Source: Candidatus Eiseniibacteriota bacterium (lineage in GTDB: Bacteria; Eisenbacteria; RBG-16-71-46; SZUA-252). Taken from it: DNA of 48,651 nt. The notes under the pieces were generated by a model. It saw only the letters and a list, made by a program, of their open reading frames with translations. It did no database searches and was not told where the DNA came from. The stretch is from contig JBGPHU010000001.1 of NCBI GenBank assembly GCA_041484545.1, forward strand, positions 1 to 48,651, in the 5' to 3' direction. A program made the position numbers and the translations under genes. Shown here piece by piece: positions 26,401 through 34,238 of the stretch; position 1 is the stretch's first letter; each line of letters opens with the position of its first letter.

Positions 26401-26626
26401 GGAGCGTTTCCTGGCTGGCTTCGTCGCCGCGACGGCCCTCGATTTCCAGGGCTCGGCGATAGTACTCGAGCGCTACCGCGAAGTTGTCCGCGGCGAAGTA
26501 GAGGTCGCCGAGCTCCTGAGCCTTGTGGTCTCCGTTCGATGCCGCCTTGTCACGCGGCTGGGACGGGGCGCCCCCAAGAGCTTCGTTGGGATAGCTCGGT
26601 CGGTCTTTTGGTACAAATCCTTCCAT
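23486..26626 (-). CDS. Sigma-54-dependent transcriptional activator with TPR array + GAF + AAA+ + Fis-type HTH and no receiver domain
   Basis: 1046 aa. The N-terminal ~550 aa form a TPR-like helical repeat array (AAYNNLGLLHKNQCRFKEALRFLEQAL etc). GAF-like middle. AAA+ motifs GETGSGKGLLARAIH and ESELFGHVQGAFTGA (GAFTGA loop), FLDEV, RELEKV. C-terminal HTH LSLSYPTLLQKIKIY. Confidence 0.92.
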   Translation of the reverse strand: MEGFVPKDRPSYPNEALGGAPSQPRDKAASNGDHKAQELGDLYFAADNFAVALEYYRRALEIEGRRGDEASQETLLKTGTQIVECLRHRGDLNEAVEALHDLHRRLRPHVTREQVGRLSSRLGILLFERGRYRAAHKSASLAYRLLRDTTLNLDLGHTEMCLGAIGLRTGEWNSAREHFESAIATYRRADYQSGMAAAYNNLGLLHKNQCRFKEALRFLEQALRISERSGHFHDAATYLHNIGIVHDKMGDWDLAEEHYRRGLQMYTEVGYAAGRARALCCLGNLKRKRRDWAQAEELIHETLALAVERGYPRETILAREALGDYHLDRGSIAEARKEFEAALVMADQVAPESDLTVELLRRLGEVHLAALELEPAVRIAERALVIARRLGDRLEEACSLKLIGLARAEDGDLDQGRTYLDQASEILNQIGKRYELARLCFSAGLTWRKRARRGKSRAILDESVSYLRRAAAGFESFGLPELTGGALLELARSEMCRGLVDEAVIHLDHAASLFADHQEPALEREIEAFRREVEQGLIEGTTAQSNEFAAFDEIRRVLRVENGEGSVQEILSLLVRRSGATRGCVVAPSPDGSATVLAATGISMRVAQDLLRELLARVGADRLASGPVVASRAGVDPRFRDFPAAHALGPRTSLVIMPLSLPSGQPGFLYLDRQAEGPLGTFKQREVNLIAVLSNYVAVAILESQRRELARENMSLRGRLLGTANDHGIVTRSRELLEILSLLERVGPSDATILIEGETGSGKGLLARAIHASSNRATKPLIQVNCAALPEPLLESELFGHVQGAFTGAVREKSGLFVEANGGTLFLDEVDKTTITIQGKLLQVLDNREVRPVGGNKSTKVDVRVLCATNVNLKARIAKGEFLEDLYYRLNDICFRVPPLRDRPEDIPLLVDHYSRRFASEMGKQISGVEPEMLRLFAELPWRGNVRELEKVVKRMVVLANEGEPLSLRLVPRELLRAEEETNGNSPATLRVEVAKVERKLIGQALERSNWNKLKAARELSLSYPTLLQKIKIYQLDRRLGIRQKS

Positions 26627-26680
26627 GCCGGCCCTCGACTACCGTTTCGACGTCGTCCTGAGCGGCGATCCGGACTTCGA

Positions 26681-26995
26681 CTACCGCAGCCAGAACGACC
26701 AGTAATCCAGTTTCACCGCCAAGAGGAACAATCTCAAACCGCTCAATTCGCGGCGCACGCTTGTACGCGCGACCACGGTTCCGCTGCCTTCCGCCGCGAC
26801 CGTCGATGATCCGATGGCTCTGGACTTGAGCACGATGCCATCGTTGTCGCCTTTGGGAGTCGGGTCAATTGGGCCAACGTCTTCCCAACTGATCGGTCTG
26901 GCGACTGCGATCTTCGAGCTCGCGGGTAGGAGGCAGAGGAAAGCGGAGAGGATTGCCACTGAGGCGATGAAGCGACCTGGAACCCGGATCCTCAT
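26681..26995 (-). CDS. Small exported hypothetical protein (104 aa), 54 nt upstream of the activator gene
   Basis: Track ORF 26681..27046 trimmed to MRIRVPGRFIASVAILSAFLCLLPASS (signal peptide). Hydrophobic/aromatic C-terminus LRLFLLAVKLDYWSFWLR. No known domain. GC is lower than in the neighbours. Confidence 0.45.
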   Translation of the reverse strand: MRIRVPGRFIASVAILSAFLCLLPASSKIAVARPISWEDVGPIDPTPKGDNDGIVLKSRAIGSSTVAAEGSGTVVARTSVRRELSGLRLFLLAVKLDYWSFWLR

Positions 26996-27158
26996 GTAAG
27001 ACTCCTCGGAGATGCCACCCGGCGCAAAGCGGTCGCCCGAAAGCAATTTTTCGGGGTACCTGTCCGCGCTCGGCTTGGGATTCCGGCTGTGAGCCGGAGT
27101 CCGGGAGGGAAGTCCCTGGGGACTGCGGCCTCGCGCTGACAGAACTACCTTTGTAGAG

Positions 27159-27187
27159 CAATATAGTTGGTCTTATTGATAACGTCA
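27159..27187 (-). promoter_or_regulatory. Sigma-70-type promoter for the small ORF + activator transcription unit
   Basis: The minus strand reads TTGACG-N17-TATATT in an AT-rich patch, about 155 nt upstream of the ATG at 26995. Confidence 0.5.
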
Positions 27188-27258
27188 AGGGAAAACACGT
27201 GCACTTTGCGACTTAGCGGGTTCTCGGAGGGGCGGATCGAAGGCTGCGGGGTCCGGCG

Positions 27259-28215
27259 TCAGTTCCCGACCGGCTCTCCCTGGGCCCGCCACACCTTGCG
27301 GGCCTCGCTCAGCACGAGCCCATACCGGAGTCCCCGGGTCGATACGTAAACCCCGGGGACCGGGAAGCGGTTCACGAACTCGGAAAGGATGACCGCTCCA
27401 GCCGGGATAATGTCTGCCCTGCCCCGGCTTACGCCAGCCAAGTCCCTGCGCTGATTCAGGGGTATCGAGCAGAGGCGCTTCTCGATCGAGGCGATCTTCT
27501 CCCGGCTCAGAAGGTGGTTCTCGATGCGGGAGGGATCGTACTTGGTGAGGCCCAGGTCGAGGGCGCCGAAGGCAGTCACCGTGCCGCCGACCCCGACGGC
27601 CCGTTCGAGCCGGTTCCCGTCGAAAGCGCCCAGCTTCTCGGCGAAAACCTCCCGGACGTGGCTGCGTATCTGCTCCAGCTCCGAAGCGGCGGGCGGGTCA
27701 CCCCGGACGAGCCGCTCGGTCAGGCGGACGCATCCAAGCTCGAGGCTGATGAGCTGGGTGCCCTTCTCGCCTTCGCCGCAAATGATCTCGGTGCTTCCGC
27801 CCCCGATATCCACGACCACGGAGCGCCCATGGGCGCCGCTCAAGCCGCTCATGACGGCCAGAAATACGAGGCGGGCCTCTTCTTCTCCGGTCAGGATGTC
27901 GACGGGGTATCCGATCCGCTGCGCGTAGGAGTCGGCGACGTCGCGGCCGTTACGGGCGACGCGGAAGGCGTTTGTGCCGGCGACGCGAATCTGGCTTGCG
28001 CCGCTGTATTCCGCCTCGTGGACGAAGCGTTCCAGGCAGTCGAGGGTTCTCGTCGCGGCGGCCTCATCGATCACGCCGGTGCGATCGAGCCCTTCGCCGA
28101 GGCGTGATATCTCGCCCATCCGGTGGGCCGTCTTGAGGCGTTCCTTTTCGTCCACATCGGCAACGAGGAGACGCACCGAATTCGTTCCGATGTCGACAGC
28201 ACCGATCCTCACCAT
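27259..28215 (-). CDS. ppx: Ppx/GppA-family phosphatase (exopolyphosphatase / pppGpp phosphohydrolase), short form
   Basis: Real part of track ORF 27259..28524. MVRIGAVDIGTNSVRLLVADV, TNAFRVARNG and VVDIGGGSTE are ASKHA-fold phosphate-binding motifs. Confidence 0.85.
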   Translation of the reverse strand: MVRIGAVDIGTNSVRLLVADVDEKERLKTAHRMGEISRLGEGLDRTGVIDEAAATRTLDCLERFVHEAEYSGASQIRVAGTNAFRVARNGRDVADSYAQRIGYPVDILTGEEEARLVFLAVMSGLSGAHGRSVVVDIGGGSTEIICGEGEKGTQLISLELGCVRLTERLVRGDPPAASELEQIRSHVREVFAEKLGAFDGNRLERAVGVGGTVTAFGALDLGLTKYDPSRIENHLLSREKIASIEKRLCSIPLNQRRDLAGVSRGRADIIPAGAVILSEFVNRFPVPGVYVSTRGLRYGLVLSEARKVWRAQGEPVGN

Positions 28216-28328
28216 GCGTTGAGCCAGGTGTGGCGCCTGATCTGTCCTCCGCGAAAGGTAAAGAATCGGAGGGGCGCGAGCCCCCGCGATTGACTCCACC
28301 AAGAACGGGACATTACCATGTGGCCCAT

Positions 28329-29435
28329 ATGAATGTAAAGTCGGAAACCCTTGCAAGGCCGAAAAATGGAGGCTCTTTCTCCGTCGACGAGCCGCCGGAG
28401 AACCTGCTCGGGCTGAGCCCGTCCGAGCTGGAGAAGGTCTTCTACGCCTTCGGTGAGAAGCCCTACCGCGGCAAGCAGGTCGCCGAATGGATGTACGGGC
28501 GCGGCGTTTCGGACTTCGCGGCAATGACCAACCTCCCGGCCGCGCTCCGGGCGAAGCTGGGGGAGCGGTTCGCCATAGGATCGCTCCGGGAGCGCTCGCG
28601 GCGCGAGACCCCGGACCGCCGAACCCGGAAGGTCGCCTACGAGCTGCCCGAAGGCGGGGTCGTGGAGTCGGTCTTCATGTCGACCCCTACCCGGTTCACC
28701 TTCTGCCTTTCCTCGCAGCACGGCTGCGCGTTCGCGTGCCGCTTCTGCGCCACCGGGAGGATGGGACGGGGCCGCAATCTCTCCTCGGCGGAAATCTTGG
28801 AGCAGGCGTTCCGCCTGAGGAGCGAGCTCCCGGAAGGCCGGACCGACTACAACGTGGTTATGATGGGAATGGGAGAGCCGCTGGAGAATTACGACGAGGT
28901 GCTCGCCGCGCTCACCATGATGACCGACCCCGAGGGCATGGCGGTGCCGGCGAAGCGCATCACCATCTCGACGGTCGGGCTCGTCCCCCAGATCATGAGG
29001 CTCGCGGACCAGGGGCACCGCTTCAGGCTCGCGGTCTCCCTCCACGCGGCCACCGACGCGCAGCGCTCGAAACTCATGCCGGTGAACAAGCGCTTCCCGC
29101 TGGAGCAGCTCATGCGGGCCGTCCGCCATCACGTGGAGCGCACGGGACGGCGGGTCACCTTCGAATACATCCTTCTCGAGGAGCTGAACGACACCGTTGC
29201 CGACGCCTCGAGGCTCGTGAGACTTGTTGCCCAACTTCCCTGCAAGATCAACCTGATCCCCTATAACCCGATCGGCCCCGGCAAGTTCAAGCGACCCTCG
29301 GCCGAGCGGATCGAGCGCTTCGTCGCGTATCTGAGGCCTCGCGTCCCCGCGGTGACCGTGCGCTACAGCCAGGGCGTGGAGATCGGGGCGGCGTGCGGGC
29401 AGCTTGCGGGCGAGGAGGAGTCCGCTCCTGGCTAG
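28329..29435 (+). CDS. rlmN: 23S rRNA/tRNA adenine-C2 methyltransferase (radical SAM)
   Basis: PYRGKQVAEWMY. Radical-SAM cluster CAFACRFCATG. C-terminal GAACGQL. Start taken at ATG 28329 within track ORF 28230..29435. Confidence 0.9.
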   Translation: MNVKSETLARPKNGGSFSVDEPPENLLGLSPSELEKVFYAFGEKPYRGKQVAEWMYGRGVSDFAAMTNLPAALRAKLGERFAIGSLRERSRRETPDRRTRKVAYELPEGGVVESVFMSTPTRFTFCLSSQHGCAFACRFCATGRMGRGRNLSSAEILEQAFRLRSELPEGRTDYNVVMMGMGEPLENYDEVLAALTMMTDPEGMAVPAKRITISTVGLVPQIMRLADQGHRFRLAVSLHAATDAQRSKLMPVNKRFPLEQLMRAVRHHVERTGRRVTFEYILLEELNDTVADASRLVRLVAQLPCKINLIPYNPIGPGKFKRPSAERIERFVAYLRPRVPAVTVRYSQGVEIGAACGQLAGEEESAPG

Positions 29436-29447
29436 CGGCGGAAGCGC

Positions 29448-31004
29448 GTGAGGATGCTCTCGACCCTTCGCCAGCGGCTCCTGGCGCTGTTTCTCCTCGT
29501 CTCCCTCATCCCGTCCCTCGGCCTGACCCTCGTCGTCACGTTCTATCTCTCCCGGAGCATTGCGGCGCTCCGCAATCCGGAGACCGAGCACGCGCTCGCG
29601 CAATCCCTCGAGGTGATCCGGGAGGGAATCGAGCGGCTGGGGAGCGACGCCCGGCAACACGCCGAGGTTCTGGCGATCGACCCGGTGACGCAGCGCCTGC
29701 TGGGCGCCGGCGGCACCGCCGATCTCGAACGGTACCTGCGCGAGGCGGCGAGGAGCCGCGGGCTCGATTACATCTGCCTCTACAAGACCGGGCCGCCGGT
29801 CGCGCGGGTCTTCGGCGCCCGGCTCGGGCCGCGGATCACCCTCCCCCAACCGGAGGATCAATCGCTCCTCGGCGCTCTGGAGCAGGGTGGGCTCATCTCG
29901 GGCGGCGACGCCCCCCGACAGGTGAGCGGGGTGGCTCCGGTGGGGAAGGACTACATGCTCCTTGCCGGCTATCAGCTGGATCCGGAGATCTCGAAGGAGA
30001 TTCTCGCGCTCCAGAAGAACCTGACCATGTACCGGAAGCTCGGTGTCTACACGTCGCTCTCGGAACAAAGCCTCTGGATCTTCGCGGCGCTGTGGACCCT
30101 GATTCTCGGCGTCATGAGCTTCATCCTGGCCTACATCGTGTCGCGAGGAACCGCGCGCCCCATCCTCGAGCTGCGCGGCGCGATGGAGCGGGTTTCCGGC
30201 GGAGAGCTCTCGCACCGCGTCTCGCCCTCGGGCACGAAGGAGGTCCGCTTTCTCGGAAACGCGTTCAACCAGATGGTCGAGGAGCTTCAGACCTCGAGGC
30301 GCTCGCTGGTCCGGGCGGAGCGGCTGGCGGCGTGGCGCGAGGTGGCGCGCGCCGTCGCGCACGAGATCCGGAATCCGCTCACGCCCATCCAGTTCGCGCT
30401 GGAGCGCCTGCGGGACGAAGCGCGGCGCCCGGGCGCCCCGCGCGGCGAGGTCGTCCAGGAGAACGCCGACCTCATCCTGAACGAGGTGCACTCGCTGCAG
30501 GAGTTCGTGAACGCCTTCTCGGCCGTGGCGCAGCTTCCGGAGCCGCGTTTCGCGGCGTGCGACGTCGGTGCGCTGCTCGAGAGCGTGGCCAAGCTCTACC
30601 GCGGCTCGACCCCGATCGAATTCCGCGTTGAGTACGTGGCCCCCCTGCCCTTAGCCTGGGCCGACGAGGCGCAGATCCAGCGCGTGCTCGTGAATCTCAT
30701 CAAGAACGCCATGGAAGCGTCCACGGCACGCGGGACCATCCAGTTGCGCGCGGTCCGGGACCAGGCGTCCGGGGAGCTTCTCCGGGTGGAAGTCGAGGAC
30801 TCGGGGCCCGGCATGGACCCCGCCACGCTCGAGCGCGCGGTCGCGCCCGGGTTCACCACGAAATCGACAGGGAGCGGCTTGGGACTGACCCTCGTGCAGC
30901 GGATCGTGGAGCAGCACGCGGGACGGTTCGGACTCGAGAGCCACCCGGGCATCGGGACGCGCGCCTGGTTCACGCTTCCGCTCACGCCCGAGGAGCCGTC
31001 ATGA
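29448..31004 (+). CDS. Membrane sensor histidine kinase (NtrY-like: TM-HAMP-HisKA-HATPase)
   Basis: 518 aa. Two TM segments, a HAMP-like region, H-box AVAHEIRNPLTPI, N-box LVNLIKNAMEA, and G-boxes DSGPGM / GSGLGL. Confidence 0.88.
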   Translation: MRMLSTLRQRLLALFLLVSLIPSLGLTLVVTFYLSRSIAALRNPETEHALAQSLEVIREGIERLGSDARQHAEVLAIDPVTQRLLGAGGTADLERYLREAARSRGLDYICLYKTGPPVARVFGARLGPRITLPQPEDQSLLGALEQGGLISGGDAPRQVSGVAPVGKDYMLLAGYQLDPEISKEILALQKNLTMYRKLGVYTSLSEQSLWIFAALWTLILGVMSFILAYIVSRGTARPILELRGAMERVSGGELSHRVSPSGTKEVRFLGNAFNQMVEELQTSRRSLVRAERLAAWREVARAVAHEIRNPLTPIQFALERLRDEARRPGAPRGEVVQENADLILNEVHSLQEFVNAFSAVAQLPEPRFAACDVGALLESVAKLYRGSTPIEFRVEYVAPLPLAWADEAQIQRVLVNLIKNAMEASTARGTIQLRAVRDQASGELLRVEVEDSGPGMDPATLERAVAPGFTTKSTGSGLGLTLVQRIVEQHAGRFGLESHPGIGTRAWFTLPLTPEEPS

Positions 31005-32359
31005 GCCAGGCGCCCCGCACGCGCGTGCTCGTCGTGGACGACGAGCCCTCGGTGCTTCTCGAGATCTCGGGCGCGCTCAAGCGCCACTACGAAGTGCTCA
31101 CCGCGCAGAGCGCGGAGGAAGCCGAGTCCATCCTCGCCAAGGAGCGGGTGGACCTCCTCCTTACCGACCTCAGGCTCCCCGGCAAGGACGGGATCCACCT
31201 GCTCGAGGCCGCGAAGGCGTCGAACCCCGATCTTCCCGTCGTCATCATGTCCGGGCACGGCACGATCGAGGAGGCGGTCCGCGCTACGCGCATGGGCGCC
31301 GCGGACTTCGTGGAGAAGCCCTTCGGCCCGGACCGCCTGAGCGTCACGGTGGAGCGCGCCCTCGAGCTGCGCGAGCTGAAACGCGAGAACGAATCGCTCA
31401 GGACGCAGGCGGGGCGGTTGGACGAGATGATCGGCCAAAGCCACGCCCTGGAGCAGGTGCGCGCCGAGATCGCGAAGGTGGCGCGGAGCGAGGCGAAGGT
31501 GCTCATCACCGGCGAGAGCGGCTCCGGAAAGGAGCTGGTGGCCCGAGCCATCCACCGCGCGAGCGGACGCAGCCGGGGGCCGTTCGAGAAGCTGAACTGC
31601 GCCGCCCTGCCCAAGGATCTGGTCGAGAGCGAGCTCTTCGGGTACGAGAAGGGCGCATTCACCGGGGCGGCACAGATGAAGCGCGGCCGGCTGGAGGCGG
31701 CCGACCGGGGCACGCTCTTCCTCGACGAGGTGGGCGACATGAGCCTGGACACGCAGGCCAAGTTCCTCCGCGCCATCGAGACGGGCGAGATCGAGCGGCT
31801 CGGCGGCACGCGCACCATCCAGGTCGACACGCGAATCGTGGCCGCCACGAACAAGGATCTCTCCGAGGAAATTGAGAAGGGTCGTTTCCGCGAGGACCTC
31901 TTCTATCGCCTCAACGTGGTTCCCATCCACGTGCAGCCCTTGCGCGCGAGGCGCGACGACATCCCGCTCCTGATCCAGTACTTCATGGCGCGGTTCGGGC
32001 AGGAGCACGGCCGATCGATGCGGCGCATCGGCTCCGAGGCGGTGGAGCGGCTGGCGCGCTACTCCTGGCCGGGAAACGTGCGCGAGCTGAAGAACCTGAT
32101 CGAGCGGCTCCTCATCATGAGCGAGGGCGAATCCATCGGCGTCTCGGAGGTGGAAGCGGCACTCCCCGTGGAAACGGACGAAGAGCCGGTAAGCGAGATC
32201 CGCGCGGCGCGCGACCGGGCGGAGCGCGACGCCATCCTGACCACGCTCCGGCAGTGCTCCTGGAACGTCACCGAGGCGGCGAAGCGCCTCGGCATGGACC
32301 GCGGCTACCTGCACCGGAAGATCAAGCGCTACGGCCTGGTCCGCGATGCGCAGACGTAA
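31001..32359 (+). CDS. Sigma-54-dependent response regulator (receiver + AAA+ + HTH; NtrC/NtrX-like)
   Basis: 452 aa. Receiver VLVVDDEPSV...LLLTDLRLPG. AAA+ motifs GESGSGKELVARAIH and ESELFGYEKGAFTGA. C-terminal HTH. Its ATG overlaps the kinase stop as ATGA. Confidence 0.92.
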   Translation: MSQAPRTRVLVVDDEPSVLLEISGALKRHYEVLTAQSAEEAESILAKERVDLLLTDLRLPGKDGIHLLEAAKASNPDLPVVIMSGHGTIEEAVRATRMGAADFVEKPFGPDRLSVTVERALELRELKRENESLRTQAGRLDEMIGQSHALEQVRAEIAKVARSEAKVLITGESGSGKELVARAIHRASGRSRGPFEKLNCAALPKDLVESELFGYEKGAFTGAAQMKRGRLEAADRGTLFLDEVGDMSLDTQAKFLRAIETGEIERLGGTRTIQVDTRIVAATNKDLSEEIEKGRFREDLFYRLNVVPIHVQPLRARRDDIPLLIQYFMARFGQEHGRSMRRIGSEAVERLARYSWPGNVRELKNLIERLLIMSEGESIGVSEVEAALPVETDEEPVSEIRAARDRAERDAILTTLRQCSWNVTEAAKRLGMDRGYLHRKIKRYGLVRDAQT

Positions 32360-33563
32360 GGACGGCGGCAACGCGCGGAGCGTCCCCCGCGCCGTCGTCA
32401 TCGCGCTCGCGGCCGTCGCGCTCGGGGCCGGTGTGGGCGCGGCGGCGACGCTCCAGCCTGACTCGGCCTTCGTCCGCGATACGTCGCCCGTGCCCGCGCC
32501 GGTCGCGCGGACTGCCGATTGGGAGACCCTTTCGACCGGGCTTCCCGAGGAGGCCCGGTTCCGGCGCATCGTCCGCCTTCGCTACAACCGCGTGGACGGC
32601 CCCGCGGTCACCCTCGGCGCCGCGTTCCAGACCGGCCGCCATCCCGCGCCCGTGCTCTTCGCCGAGGGCGGTTACGCGTTTTCGCGCGCGAAGGGTCTCT
32701 ACGATGCGGGTTTCAGCGCGCCCTTCGGGGACCGGCCCGTCCTCACGCTCGGTGGATCGGTTTTCCGGCGCACCGCGAGCGAGGACGAATGGATCGTCTC
32801 GGAGGGCGAGAACACGATCTTCGCGCTCGTCGCGCGCACCGATTACCGCGACTACTACGAATCCGAGGGCGGCCAGGCGTATCTCGCGTGGTCGCCGGGC
32901 TCGGATTTCGAGCTTCGGGGGGGCGCACGGGTAGAGTCACAGCGGTCGCTCTCCGTGCGCACGCGCGTGTCGCTCACCGGACGGCATCCGGTCTTCCGGG
33001 CGAACCCCGCGATTCAGGAAGGAGACGACCAGGCCTTCGCGGTGCGCCTCCGTCTCGGTCCCGCCCAGATTCCATTCAGCGGAGGCACGCACGGCGAGGC
33101 GATCTACGAGCGGTCCGGACGGCCGCTCTCAGGCGATTTCAAGTACGGGAGGCTGCGGGGCGCGATCCGGAACCGGATCAGGCTATCCCCCGGTAAGGAT
33201 TTCCGCGCGCGGCTGATCGCCGGCACGACACTCACCGGCGCGCTTCCCGCGCAGAAGCTCTGGGCCGTGGGTGGCATCGGGACCCTTCGCGGGCACGACT
33301 ACAAGTCCTTCACCGGAGACCAGTTCTTCCTGGCGAACGCGGAGCTGTACCAGCGCGCGAGAAAGAACGTCTACGCGTCTACGTTCCTGGACTGCGGCGC
33401 CGCCTGGTTCGGGCGCGCCAACCTGAGCCGTCAGCGCCCGGCGCTCGACGCGGGCATCGGGATCCGGATCGGCGAGGGGCCGGTCGCGGTCACGGTGGCG
33501 AAGAACCTGCGCGACGGAGGATCGAAGCCGCTCGTCGGGGTGCGCCTCGGAGGGAGCTTCTGA
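32346..33563 (+). CDS. Omp85-superfamily outer-membrane beta-barrel without an obvious POTRA array
   Basis: 405 aa with a signal peptide. GGIGTLRGHDY (the Omp85 GGxxxLRGY motif). Alternating beta-strand pattern and a C-terminal ...VGVRLGGSF with terminal Phe. Confidence 0.7.
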   Translation: MRRRKDGGNARSVPRAVVIALAAVALGAGVGAAATLQPDSAFVRDTSPVPAPVARTADWETLSTGLPEEARFRRIVRLRYNRVDGPAVTLGAAFQTGRHPAPVLFAEGGYAFSRAKGLYDAGFSAPFGDRPVLTLGGSVFRRTASEDEWIVSEGENTIFALVARTDYRDYYESEGGQAYLAWSPGSDFELRGGARVESQRSLSVRTRVSLTGRHPVFRANPAIQEGDDQAFAVRLRLGPAQIPFSGGTHGEAIYERSGRPLSGDFKYGRLRGAIRNRIRLSPGKDFRARLIAGTTLTGALPAQKLWAVGGIGTLRGHDYKSFTGDQFFLANAELYQRARKNVYASTFLDCGAAWFGRANLSRQRPALDAGIGIRIGEGPVAVTVAKNLRDGGSKPLVGVRLGGSF

Positions 33564-33577
33564 GGTCCGCCATCGGG

Positions 33578-34213
33578 GTGACCGCGGTCCTTCTGCTCTT
33601 CCTCGCGCCGGCAGCCTCGGCCGACAACCTGGGCCTGACCGTGGGGCCGGTGGTAGAGGAGCGCGGCGCCATCACCGTCTCCTACCGCGTCGAGAATCCG
33701 TGGACGCCGCGACTGACCGAAACCCTCTTCCGCGGCATGCCGGCGACGGTCACCTTGGAGGTGGGCGTCTGGAAGCGACGGGCCCTCTGGTTCGACAAGC
33801 TCGTCCTCGCCATCAAGAGCAAGCACCAGGTGCTCTACGATCCCTGGGAGCAGGCCTTCCGCGTGCGCTCCGGGGCCTTATACCGGAAAACTAGGCTGGT
33901 GCCGACGCTCGATTCGCTCAATACCTTCCTCTTCTCCGAGCGGCATCTGCCGCTCGCCGCGGCCGCCGCGCTGGACCCCGAGGGCCGCTATTACGTCTCC
34001 GTCCGCGTCACCATCCGCCCCCTCAGCGCTGAGGACCTGGACGAGGTCGAGGACTGGCTTTCGGGCGAGGCCAAGAATCCGAAGCCTCCGGAGCGCGGAC
34101 TCCCGGGTTACCTGCTCGGGATCGCGGTGAATGTCTCGGGCCTCGGCGACCGAACGGCGCTGGCGAAGAGCGAGTGGTTCCGGCCCTCGCTCCTCGAGCC
34201 ACCGCCGCCCTGA
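33578..34213 (+). CDS. DUF4390-like exported protein
   Basis: 211 aa, GTG start. VWKRRALWFDKLVLAIKSKHQVLYDPWEQAFRVRSG...TLDSLNTFL resembles the DUF4390 core typically found beside NtrY/NtrX genes. Confidence 0.55.
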   Translation: MTAVLLLFLAPAASADNLGLTVGPVVEERGAITVSYRVENPWTPRLTETLFRGMPATVTLEVGVWKRRALWFDKLVLAIKSKHQVLYDPWEQAFRVRSGALYRKTRLVPTLDSLNTFLFSERHLPLAAAAALDPEGRYYVSVRVTIRPLSAEDLDEVEDWLSGEAKNPKPPERGLPGYLLGIAVNVSGLGDRTALAKSEWFRPSLLEPPPP

Positions 34214-34238
34214 CGCCGCGCGCCGCGCGCGGGGTTGG

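Noticed and set aside
28209-30491. 760-aa ORF antisense to rlmN and the histidine kinase
   Set aside because: It spans two well-supported plus-strand genes and has low-complexity R/E/G/P composition.
30596-32569. 657-aa ORF antisense to the kinase and response-regulator genes
   Set aside because: Same reasoning. The sense strand carries H-box, receiver and AAA+ motifs.
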